From: Candidatus Kerfeldbacteria bacterium
Lineage (GTDB): Bacteria > Patescibacteriota > Patescibacteriia > UBA10025 > JAHIVO01
DNA: 64,000 bases
Direction of reading: 5' to 3'
Assembly: GCA_016214565.1 (NCBI GenBank)
Contig: JACROE010000002.1
Span: forward strand, 728,007 to 792,006
The position numbers and the translations under genes are program-made. This document shows positions 47,860 to 56,582 of this stretch, piece after piece. The notes below the pieces were generated by a model that saw only the letters and a list, made by a program, of their open reading frames with translations, did no database searches and had not been told where the DNA came from. How positions within the stretch are numbered: position 1 is the first letter of the stretch; the number at the start of each line of letters is the position of its first letter.

Positions 47860-48121
47860 CAAGCTGTTTTGCTTATGGAAACATAAGTGAAATAGACGGA
47901 AAGATCAGTAATGATCTTTGACAATATATCTACGGAAGTTACATCAACTATACCAATAACAATCAATCGCTCACCCCGAAATTTTCGGGCGTGGAAAGGA
48001 GTATTCCTATGAACGTTTTGACGTTCGATATACCTTCGGGTATATGGCGTGCCAGGGCGCCTGTAAATCAATCCTGGAGAGTTTATAAAACTCGTCCACC
48101 TCGGAAAGGAGGTGAGCGATA
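47860..48121 (+). promoter_or_regulatory. Highly structured 5' leader (candidate riboswitch-like / translational-control RNA) with SD sequestration
   Basis: At least six local hairpins are visible, including GAACGT-tttg-ACGTTC, ATACC-ttcg-GGTAT (UUCG tetraloop) and GAGTTT-ata-AAACTC. An 8-bp long-range helix pairs CGCTCACC (47968-75) with GGTGAGCG (48111-18). A competing local hairpin pairs CACCTC (48097-102) with GAGGTG (48109-14) and covers the SD AGGAGG (48107-12). Confidence 0.4.
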
Positions 48122-49165
48122 ATGGTAAATACGGCAAAAATCGCAGCGTCTACTACAAAAGCAGTCGCTCGCGGTGTGCTGATTCGGAAACTTGCTTCGA
48201 CTGTCTTCTCTATGGTTCGAAAAACCCCAGTAATGGAGAATCTGATTTATCAGTTTGCTCTATTTGTGAGGTCGTTACCAGCAGGTGACGATATCGGAGC
48301 TGAGGTCATCAATACCATGCCAGAGGATCTGCGATCAATTGCAGAGCCGATCTGGCGCGAGATTAATCATCTTTCGGAGGAAGATATGAAGAACAGGTTT
48401 GGTCGGGGAAATCCCAATCAGCAAAACAAAGGCCAGGGAGAGCAATCTTCAGGCCAACAGCAAGTGAATCGTAGTCGACAGGATATTGAGCGAGCGCTAA
48501 CAACAATGGCAGCGCTTGATCAGAAATTCTCGGTGTTCTTGGGGGGGCTGCTTTCGGCAGAGCCGCCAGGGACACGGGAGATTATCCTGGAAGCGATTGG
48601 GCGGATTTATAAAACCGTCCCGTTGCTCACCGCATTTCTTACGCCCCTCTTGATCCGCAAGGAGCGAGAGGAAAAGGTAAGTCTCCTCGATGAATTGGTA
48701 CTCAATCCTCCGACTTCGGCAAAACCGAAAACGGAGCATCATGGTACTGATGCAACGAAAGCATTTACGGTACTGTCCTGGCTCCGCCTGGCAGACGAGA
48801 ATGCTTTCAAGAAAATCATGGAGATCATGACCTCAGAAGCAAACGATTCTGACAAGGATCGTCCGGCTTTCTATGCGTATTTGGCCGCGCTGCATCATCT
48901 CCAAAAAGATGAAGCCGTGGCGAATTTGCAAGCCGTTGCCGCGATTGATGATCTTGAAGCGCGTGCGAAGATGGTGGGTGTTAATCCTAACTGGAAGACC
49001 CAGCTGAAGCGCACTTTTGGGATCCATCGGGGCAAGGTCACACAGGAAATGGTCGATCGTGCGCGTATGCGTGCCGATGCCGCCGTTAAAGAACTTATGG
49101 ATTACCGTGAACGCACTCGGCGTCAGCGGGAAATCAGAAAGATGAATCGGAGTCAATATGTCTGA
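48122..49165 (+). CDS. Hypothetical protein (347 aa)
   Basis: ORF preceded by an AGGAGG SD. No recognisable domain. Confidence 0.5.
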   Translation: MVNTAKIAASTTKAVARGVLIRKLASTVFSMVRKTPVMENLIYQFALFVRSLPAGDDIGAEVINTMPEDLRSIAEPIWREINHLSEEDMKNRFGRGNPNQQNKGQGEQSSGQQQVNRSRQDIERALTTMAALDQKFSVFLGGLLSAEPPGTREIILEAIGRIYKTVPLLTAFLTPLLIRKEREEKVSLLDELVLNPPTSAKPKTEHHGTDATKAFTVLSWLRLADENAFKKIMEIMTSEANDSDKDRPAFYAYLAALHHLQKDEAVANLQAVAAIDDLEARAKMVGVNPNWKTQLKRTFGIHRGKVTQEMVDRARMRADAAVKELMDYRERTRRQREIRKMNRSQYV

Positions 49166-49664
49166 AACACACGACAAATCGTCACAGCCGTCCGCAGTCG
49201 TCGGTAGTGCACTCGACACAGTAAATGGCCTCTTCGAAGGTATTGGCCAGTTCGTCAGAGAACGGCCGATCAAGGACATCGTCATTGCATGGATTATGGG
49301 AGCAGTTACTACTAAAGTAGCTGCCTCAAGCCTACGGAATTTCTTGGACAATGATCCGTTGGCTGACGAACTCCATGCGGAGAATCGCCGTCGTCTTCGT
49401 GCCGAGCTTGAGCTTGACGCGGAGAAATTCCTGAACAAGTGTCGGGACGTCCTTGAGTCTATTGGTGAGAAATTCGAAGAATGGGCTGCTGCTGATAAGA
49501 AGCGGGGTGCCGAATTGCTAGAGCAAGCGGCCAGTCGTTTTGCAGGAACCAAGAATTTTTCTTGGCTTGCTGACTTCTGTCGTCCCACAGCTTCTCAAAC
49601 CACGCCGGCACCGGTGGTGAGTTCACTCATCATTACGGCCGGGAAGTATTCAACCGTTCGATAG
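49158..49664 (+). CDS. Hypothetical protein (168 aa), start overlapping the upstream stop
   Basis: ATGTCTGA overlap with the preceding gene suggests translational coupling. Confidence 0.45.
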   Translation: MSETHDKSSQPSAVVGSALDTVNGLFEGIGQFVRERPIKDIVIAWIMGAVTTKVAASSLRNFLDNDPLADELHAENRRRLRAELELDAEKFLNKCRDVLESIGEKFEEWAAADKKRGAELLEQAASRFAGTKNFSWLADFCRPTASQTTPAPVVSSLIITAGKYSTVR

Positions 49665-49673
49665 GAAGGTATC

Positions 49674-51842
49674 ATGTTTAATAGAAAGAAAAAAGAACAG
49701 GCAGCTGAGCTGAAGGCTCCGGCTGCAGCATCCGCACCGGTTGAGGTTCAGTCGGCAAGTCCGACGTCTCAGCAAGCGGCTGTTCCTGAAAAGGAAGAGA
49801 AGGTAGAAGAGGGGTTCTTTAGCTCCATCGGTAGTTTTTTCGGGAAGCTCGGTGATCTCTTCAATGAAACCAAAGGGCTTCGTACCGTTGAACACCTGTT
49901 CGCGGTATATGGTGCCTTCGAAGCATTCAAGAAGAAACACACGATCTGGGGGCACTTCATTAATCTCCTCAGCATGATTGCTGTAGGCGTTGATAAGTTC
50001 CTCGATCCGACGAAGTCATTTTTGACTGCCGTCTTTGTGCGTTATATGCGCGCGGTTCGATTGGCCCTGCCAGTCATGGTTCTGTGTTTCCTCTCTGCGC
50101 TCATCATTCCTCTGGCAGGCTTCACCGGCCAATCAGTGTGGATGATGGGGCTCTATTCGGCGCTGATTATGCTGTTTCTGTCGATATTCGTCGATTATAC
50201 ATTTATAGCGAGTATTGATAGGCCGTCCGCTCCGAATTCGAGCCAGAATACCATTCCAGAAAGCGCCCTCATTCTGAGTGCTGCTGAGCGAGAAGCGCGT
50301 GACCGTGCTTGTCGAGAGGCGATGGTTAGTGCCGAACGTCGAGAGTCTCGACGCCGTCGGCGCAGCGCCATCATGCGTCGGATTCTGGGCCATTCCGGGA
50401 TCTTTATTGGGTCGTGGCTTTTCATTCCCACGCTGTCCTATATGGTTGGCGGGGTTGAGCCGACGACTCTGGTGCTGTCTGCGCCGTTTTTGCTCATTCT
50501 GAGCTTTCTGGCGCTGATCGTATTCCTGCCTTTGCTTGGCATTGCATATATTCTTATGCGCTTTGCCAACAAGGGTAAGACGCCTCCGTTCCTGGAGTCA
50601 GTCTACAATCCGCTGTTTGTGTTGTTCTTCTTTGTGGGCGGTGCGACGATTACTTTCGAAATGCTCCAGGTCTGGCATCTGCCTGGCTGGATGTTTATTG
50701 GAAGTATCATCGCACTTCTCGTGCTGGGTGTAGCTGCTATTCGCAAAACGTGGATTCGTACATTCTTGCAGAATACCACGGTTGTCAATGCATTTCTCAA
50801 GTTGGGGATCGTGGCGACACTGTGTGTAATTTGCATTGCGATTCCTGACAGCGGTAATCAGCAGTTACTATTCCGCACAGCCCAGGACTGGTTGGGCAAT
50901 GGTGCACGTGAGGTTGCGCAGAGCAATGTTACGCGTCCAGGTGGCGACGTTATCTTTGACCACAAGGTTGACTCATGTGACCTTGAGGTAGTTAAGAAAA
51001 TCGTCAATAAATCCACAAAGGTTTCTTCAATTGACTCAGCGTATGCTGATGTTAATCAGGACGGTGTCGTCAATGACATCGATGTGGTTTTCTTTGAGAA
51101 AGCGCTGAAGGAAGGAACTACGCTCATGCTGCGCCGCCCAACCAGTGTGCAGTTTGTAGCGAAGAATGAAGTGGATGATGAACAATCTGAATCTTCTATC
51201 CCTCCTTCGCCGGTAAACCCTGCTGATACCACTCCGGCGGCTCCGTCCACCGCCCCAGTTCCAAATGCAACTCCCACACCGCAGCTACAGCGGACTCAAC
51301 CGAGTCAACCGCCGCGGTCAAGGCTCGTTGTCGCCCAGCAGGGGATGTATTCGGAAGAAATTCCGATTAGCACTCTCGCTTCAGTGACCTGGCCAGTTGC
51401 GGTCACGGAAAATTCGATGTATACACTGCCTATTAGTGTACGCATCGATAGCCTTTCGCGCGGCACTGGATCTACCACGGCGTACGTAACGTTTCTCTAC
51501 CCGCAACCGGGTCCAGAAGCAGATCGCACGCCTCAGCGATTGTACATTGGACGTGGTACTCGCATTGAGTACGCCGCTCACCTAGTGCGGCATGCGTACT
51601 TACCAGAATTAAAGGTTTCCGAGGTTCAATTTCAAAACCCACTCTGGGGCGGAGAATACGAACAAAAGAATCTTGAGAATGGAGTACGCACGCTGAACAC
51701 CGGCCAGAAAATTGGCGCTAAGCTGATTTTCTCTGGTGAACTTCCGTATGATTTCTATAAACTCAACTTAGTCCTGATATTGTCTGGACGGCAGTATGAA
51801 GCGAAGTTGATCGTACCCCCGCCGGTGGGTTCATCGGTATAA
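49674..51842 (+). CDS. Polytopic membrane protein (722 aa) with C-terminal extracytoplasmic region containing a dockerin-like Asp-rich motif
   Basis: Multiple hydrophobic helices between aa ~120-400. Motif VNQDGVVNDIDVVFFEKAL resembles a dockerin/EF-hand-like Ca loop. Confidence 0.55.
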   Translation: MFNRKKKEQAAELKAPAAASAPVEVQSASPTSQQAAVPEKEEKVEEGFFSSIGSFFGKLGDLFNETKGLRTVEHLFAVYGAFEAFKKKHTIWGHFINLLSMIAVGVDKFLDPTKSFLTAVFVRYMRAVRLALPVMVLCFLSALIIPLAGFTGQSVWMMGLYSALIMLFLSIFVDYTFIASIDRPSAPNSSQNTIPESALILSAAEREARDRACREAMVSAERRESRRRRRSAIMRRILGHSGIFIGSWLFIPTLSYMVGGVEPTTLVLSAPFLLILSFLALIVFLPLLGIAYILMRFANKGKTPPFLESVYNPLFVLFFFVGGATITFEMLQVWHLPGWMFIGSIIALLVLGVAAIRKTWIRTFLQNTTVVNAFLKLGIVATLCVICIAIPDSGNQQLLFRTAQDWLGNGAREVAQSNVTRPGGDVIFDHKVDSCDLEVVKKIVNKSTKVSSIDSAYADVNQDGVVNDIDVVFFEKALKEGTTLMLRRPTSVQFVAKNEVDDEQSESSIPPSPVNPADTTPAAPSTAPVPNATPTPQLQRTQPSQPPRSRLVVAQQGMYSEEIPISTLASVTWPVAVTENSMYTLPISVRIDSLSRGTGSTTAYVTFLYPQPGPEADRTPQRLYIGRGTRIEYAAHLVRHAYLPELKVSEVQFQNPLWGGEYEQKNLENGVRTLNTGQKIGAKLIFSGELPYDFYKLNLVLILSGRQYEAKLIVPPPVGSSV

Positions 51843-51876
51843 TGTTTCCCTTCGGGAGCATTATGTAACAATCTAC

Positions 51877-51914
51877 CAGGCGTTGTGATTCAATCACAGC
51901 GCCTGTTTTTTATT
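51877..51914 (+). terminator. Rho-independent terminator
   Basis: CAGGCGTTGTGATT-c-AATCACAGCGCCTG followed by TTTTTTATT. Confidence 0.65.
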
Positions 51915-51924
51915 GCAGAATGAC

Positions 51925-51953
51925 TTGCAAAAGTAGTTTATTTATGCTATACT
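51925..51953 (+). promoter_or_regulatory. Sigma70-like promoter (TTGCAA, 17-nt spacer, TATACT)
   Basis: TTGCAA at 51925-30 and TATACT at 51948-53. Upstream of the 51995 gene. Confidence 0.5.
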
Positions 51954-51994
51954 AGCAATGAAAATAAAAATCAAATAATCATTTTTACTACGTT

Positions 51995-53803
51995 ATGAGG
52001 AAAGTAATCCCGACTCTCCTTCGTATGTCAGTAGTGCCGCGCACTATTTTTTTTAGTTTAGTTGTGTTGGCTGGCATTCTCATTATTGGTGTACACCCGG
52101 CTCTTGCCGTTGATAGTGGCTATGAAAGCTTAGCAGTTGATACTGGCGCTGGCATTATATCGGTACGATTGATACGAATTAATCTGAAGAGCGAGGGTCT
52201 CGGCGTGAAATCGTTAACTACGTACGATGGCGATTGCAAGGACAATTGCCCGGTCCAATCGTTGGGGACTTTTGTTCAGGAGGTAGGCGGATTTGCCGGT
52301 ATCAACGGAAGTTATTTTTGTCCCGCTGATTATGCATCCTGTGCAAGCCAAGATGGATCGTATTTTTGGCTGTGGTATGATTCGGTTTCCGGCGCATTTA
52401 GTAATTCATACCAAAATCAATTTAATCGAGGTCCGGTCATTGCCTTTGGCAAAGATAATTCAACTCACTTTTTCCGCTATGCAAAAGATTGGCCGGGAAA
52501 AACGGAGTTTGAGTCTAGGACGGGGGTTGAGTTAGCTGCCGTCATTTCGAATGGTCCGGGGTTGATTTTCGAAGGTAATCTAATAGTTACGGATTCGGAT
52601 TTGGATACGAAACAGCGCACGGTAAAATCAAACAGATCTGCCATTGCCTTTAAAGGGGATAACGTATATTTGGCGGTTGCCTCATCTGCTACGGTCATGG
52701 ACCTGGGTCGGGCGTTGAAGGTGATGGGTATGTATAATGCGATGAATCTTGATGGTGGCGGCTCCTCAGCCTTGCATTATAATGGGAGCTATATTTTGGG
52801 GCCCGGTCGGAATATTCCGAATGCACTTGTTTTTACATCCACTGGTTCGACCGTGTCAGCTGCTCCACAACCGCGAGTGGCATCGGGTACTTCCTTCTTT
52901 GCCTATGACTCAACTCTGCGCTCTGGTTTCACCGTTTCAAGCGGTAATGTGCTGGGTGATAGCAAGGACGAAATTGTAACCGGGACAGCTTCCGGATTAG
53001 CGCCGCATGTGCGGGTATATGACGGCAAGGGAAATTTGCTCAAGCAGTTTTTTGCTTATGACTCTGGTTTGCGCAATGGCGTAAATGTGACTGCGTGTAA
53101 TATTGACGGCGTTGGCTCGGATGAGATCGTGACTGCTCAAGGGCGCGGTGGATGGCCGTTGGTGAGGATATTTGATGGGTCGGGAAATCTCATTCGTAGT
53201 GGATTCTATGTACTCGATGGGAAATTTACTGGAGGGGTTAATTTAACCTGTGGTGACACTAATGGCGATGGTACTAGTGAAATTGTAGTAGGTGCGATGC
53301 GCGGCGGGGGACCGCAAGTGATGATTTATAATGAAGTAGGCCGGGCGCTGACAAATTTTATGGCTTATGATCCTGGCTTCCGTGGCGGAATCATGGTATC
53401 TACCGCCGATGCCGATGGCGACGGGAAAGATGAGATAATCACCGGTCCGCAAACCGGCGCACCACATATTCAAATATTTCAGGTGCGCAACGCTATCAAA
53501 CGATTATCCCCCGGATTTTATGCATTCAGCACTTCCTATCGCGGCGGTGTGGCAGTAGCTGGGGTCGATACCAATGGCGATGGTAAAAAGGAAATTGTAG
53601 TGGGAGTTGGAGATAATGCTACCCCTTTTGTGAAGGTATATAATATTCGAGAGCAGTGGCAGGATGAATTTTTTGCCTATGCCACGACGTTTTTGGGTGG
53701 ATTGCAGTTAGCTGGTGGGGACGTGGATGGGGACGGGAAGGATGAACTGCTCACCGTGCCACGCGGGGGCGGCGCACCGCAGGTGCGGATGATTAATTTA
53801 TAA
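51995..53803 (+). CDS. Secreted protein: N-terminal phosphodiester-glycosidase (NAGPA/DUF2233)-like domain + C-terminal FG-GAP repeat beta-propeller
   Basis: Signal peptide. AINGSYF...NLDGGGSSAL is characteristic of the phosphodiester glycosidase family. The C-terminal repeats DGVGSDEIVTAQ, GDTNGDGTSEIVVG, ADADGDGKDEIITG, VDTNGDGKKEIVVG and GDVDGDGKDELLTV are FG-GAP-like. Confidence 0.65.
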   Translation: MRKVIPTLLRMSVVPRTIFFSLVVLAGILIIGVHPALAVDSGYESLAVDTGAGIISVRLIRINLKSEGLGVKSLTTYDGDCKDNCPVQSLGTFVQEVGGFAGINGSYFCPADYASCASQDGSYFWLWYDSVSGAFSNSYQNQFNRGPVIAFGKDNSTHFFRYAKDWPGKTEFESRTGVELAAVISNGPGLIFEGNLIVTDSDLDTKQRTVKSNRSAIAFKGDNVYLAVASSATVMDLGRALKVMGMYNAMNLDGGGSSALHYNGSYILGPGRNIPNALVFTSTGSTVSAAPQPRVASGTSFFAYDSTLRSGFTVSSGNVLGDSKDEIVTGTASGLAPHVRVYDGKGNLLKQFFAYDSGLRNGVNVTACNIDGVGSDEIVTAQGRGGWPLVRIFDGSGNLIRSGFYVLDGKFTGGVNLTCGDTNGDGTSEIVVGAMRGGGPQVMIYNEVGRALTNFMAYDPGFRGGIMVSTADADGDGKDEIITGPQTGAPHIQIFQVRNAIKRLSPGFYAFSTSYRGGVAVAGVDTNGDGKKEIVVGVGDNATPFVKVYNIREQWQDEFFAYATTFLGGLQLAGGDVDGDGKDELLTVPRGGGAPQVRMINL

Positions 53804-53815
53804 TAGTAATAAGTT

Positions 53816-56560
53816 ATGTCTATGTTTATACAATCACGTTTGTCCTCTAGCATTACTTTAGTAGTGGGTTTTTTGTTGGTAGGAGCGGTGGTAATTTTAT
53901 TAGCTCCGGCTGCTGATGCTGCAACAAATATATCTGCCTGTGGAGTGCTCTCGACCGCCAATGAGACATATCTCTTAACTCAAGATGTGACTGCAACAGG
54001 AACGTGTTTCACAATTGCTGCGCATGGTATCACACTTGATTTACAAGAACACACCATTTATTATGGCACTGGATCGGCTACTCGAATGTACGGTGTGGCA
54101 ATACCATCCTCGAGTGTTACTCGCCGCCCGTGGTTTCCTGACCCGAGTATTCCGAATAGTGCATTTGTAGGTGCTGATAATGTGACTATTCAGAATGGCA
54201 TGATAGTTCAATTTGGTGATGGCACCGAATCTTACCCAATATATATTTGGGGCTCAGATAATACAACCATTACCGGTACCTTAACGCAATCCAACGGCGA
54301 TGATACGGGTAATATTTATTTTAATTACAGCAGCGGAGCTACTGTTTCTGATAATTACCTCATCAATTTTTCTTCGGTTGTAACAAATCGACATCAAGGG
54401 CGCGATGTGATTGGATTTGAAGGAGGTAATGGAAATTTACGCATTCATAATAATTATATCTGGGGTGGACCGCAATATGGAATTCGGGTGCGTCAGGGAT
54501 CCGCTACTCAGCCGGTATATATTTATGACAACTATATTAGCAATGATGGAATAGTAGCGAATCCTTATGCGATCGGGGTTTCAGTAAATAATGCTCGTGT
54601 TTATGGCAACACTATCACACCGAATAATGGTCGTGGTATTCATTTAGCAGGTGTCACGGGCGCTCAAGTATATAATAATACAATTTCAGTTAGCGAAGGG
54701 GCAAATCTAGAGTACAGCCCGGGCTGGACTCAAGGAATTAAGGTTGAAAATAGTTATTATGCTTCAATTCATGATAATGAGATTTGGGCTACTGCTGGCA
54801 ATGGTTTTGGCCATGCCTATGCCCTTGATATAACGCATGATCCTAGCTCTGGCGCTCCGTCTAATAGTGAAATATTTGATAACACATTTGTTGCGATTAC
54901 GTGGGATAATGATCGTACGGCTGCCGCGATACACTTGACAGGAGTGAATCCAAGTAGTGGCTTTGATATCCATCACAATGATATACAGGGGAACAACTAT
55001 TTAGTTTTCGCTGATTACGATTCAGCCAGTGATGTACATTTTCGGTCAAATTCATTTTCCCAAATGGGCGAAGCTACCAATTTAAAATTCTTGTATTTTT
55101 ATACTGGCAGCAAACCCTCTCAAGACTTATATTTCCTTGACTCTACTTATGATGTATGGATCAACCCAACTAATGCTGGATATCGGGCGGCCGGTGCAGA
55201 TGTGAGTTATCATATACAGCAGTACATTTCACTTGCGGTGACCAACGAATCAGCAGTGCCGCTTGCGGGTGCTTCAGTGAGCATTCGTGATAACGCTGGT
55301 ACCGTAGTTGGCAGCGGGACGACCGATAGTGAGGGTCAGGCACTATTTGCCGTGAAAACTAATTCATACGTAGGCAAACCGTTCGTCAGCACAGCGTTTA
55401 CGCCCCATACTGTTTATGTGAGTAAAACTGGATTTAAAAGTATTGCCTATCCTGTCACGCTCTCTAGCTCACAGGCGGTGATAGTTGCTCTAGCAAGCAT
55501 AACAGGTGGTGGCCAGTCATCTGCTGATCAAGAACTTTTTGATGATACGGCAGATCCGGTACCTTCGCCGTTACCTGCTCCCGGAACGAGCGTCAATCCT
55601 ACACCCATGGCCTGGTCGCCTCGTTTGACGGAGTCAACCGCATCATTCTTTGCGTACCGGTCCGACGAGCGGAAGGGATATCAGGTTGCTGCCGGCAATG
55701 TGCTGCGCGATTATCGGGAGGAAATTATTGTTGGTACCACTTCGGGTATGGCGCCACATGTGCGCGTATTTGATAATGCTGGCAATGTACGCAGCCAGTT
55801 TTTCCCCTATGATCCTGGATTGCGTAATGGTGTGACCGTCACCGCCTGCAACGTCATGGGGAATTCGCTTGAAGAAATTGTTACGGCGCAAGATCGCGGT
55901 GGCTGGCCGTTAATTCGAATTTTTAACGGATTTGGTGAACGACTTCATGAAGGGTTCTTTGTTTTTGATGGAAAGTTTACTGGTGGTATCAACCTTGCCT
56001 GTGGCGATATCAATGGAGATGGCTTGCATGAAATTATTGTAGCGGCTCGGCGCGGTGGTGGGCCGCAAGTGATGGTGTATAGTGGCACTGGACGCATAAT
56101 TGCAAATTTTATGGCGTATGATAAGGGATTTCGTGGCGGTATCAGTGTAGCCGCGGCTGATACTGATGATGATGGTATAGATGAAATAATTACCGGCCCG
56201 CAGTGGGGCGCTCCACATATTCAGATTTTTAACGTTTCCAGTGGTACCGGAAGACGGGATTCGCCTGGATTTTTCGCTTTCAATCGAGATTATCGTGGTG
56301 GCGTATCGGTTGCCGGTCTTGATACCAATGGCGACGGGACGAAAGAGATTGTTGTTGGAGTCGGGGATAACGCAACTCCCTTTGTCAAAGTATACTCAGG
56401 TCGTCAAGAGTGGCGCGATGAATTTTTTGCCTATGGCACCAGTTTTCTAGGCGGTGTACAATTAGCGGGTGGGGATGTTGATGGAGATGGAGCCGATGAA
56501 TTGATAACGATTCCTCGAGGACGTGGGGCACCGCAAGTTCGAGTCATAGATTTAGATTAA
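53816..56560 (+). CDS. Secreted protein: right-handed parallel beta-helix region + carboxypeptidase-regulatory-like domain + C-terminal FG-GAP propeller paralogous to the upstream gene
   Basis: Signal peptide. Beta-helix repeats (NNTISVSEGANLEY, IHDNEIWATAGNG...). CarboxypepD_reg-like LAVTNESAVPLAGASVSIRDNAGTVVGSGTTDSEGQALFAV. The C-terminal ~300 aa is near-identical in pattern to the upstream gene (VTACN..EEIVTAQDRGGWPLIRIF..GKFTGGINLACGDINGDG...). Confidence 0.65.
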   Translation: MSMFIQSRLSSSITLVVGFLLVGAVVILLAPAADAATNISACGVLSTANETYLLTQDVTATGTCFTIAAHGITLDLQEHTIYYGTGSATRMYGVAIPSSSVTRRPWFPDPSIPNSAFVGADNVTIQNGMIVQFGDGTESYPIYIWGSDNTTITGTLTQSNGDDTGNIYFNYSSGATVSDNYLINFSSVVTNRHQGRDVIGFEGGNGNLRIHNNYIWGGPQYGIRVRQGSATQPVYIYDNYISNDGIVANPYAIGVSVNNARVYGNTITPNNGRGIHLAGVTGAQVYNNTISVSEGANLEYSPGWTQGIKVENSYYASIHDNEIWATAGNGFGHAYALDITHDPSSGAPSNSEIFDNTFVAITWDNDRTAAAIHLTGVNPSSGFDIHHNDIQGNNYLVFADYDSASDVHFRSNSFSQMGEATNLKFLYFYTGSKPSQDLYFLDSTYDVWINPTNAGYRAAGADVSYHIQQYISLAVTNESAVPLAGASVSIRDNAGTVVGSGTTDSEGQALFAVKTNSYVGKPFVSTAFTPHTVYVSKTGFKSIAYPVTLSSSQAVIVALASITGGGQSSADQELFDDTADPVPSPLPAPGTSVNPTPMAWSPRLTESTASFFAYRSDERKGYQVAAGNVLRDYREEIIVGTTSGMAPHVRVFDNAGNVRSQFFPYDPGLRNGVTVTACNVMGNSLEEIVTAQDRGGWPLIRIFNGFGERLHEGFFVFDGKFTGGINLACGDINGDGLHEIIVAARRGGGPQVMVYSGTGRIIANFMAYDKGFRGGISVAAADTDDDGIDEIITGPQWGAPHIQIFNVSSGTGRRDSPGFFAFNRDYRGGVSVAGLDTNGDGTKEIVVGVGDNATPFVKVYSGRQEWRDEFFAYGTSFLGGVQLAGGDVDGDGADELITIPRGRGAPQVRVIDLD

Positions 56561-56582
56561 AAATTAATTAATTTGTAAAGTT

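Noticed and set aside
47918-47947. TTGACA hexamer at 47919-47924 as the promoter for the structured leader
   Set aside because: No convincing -10 hexamer lies at 16-19 nt spacing (ACATCA/CATCAA). It is left unannotated, and the transcript start is unknown.
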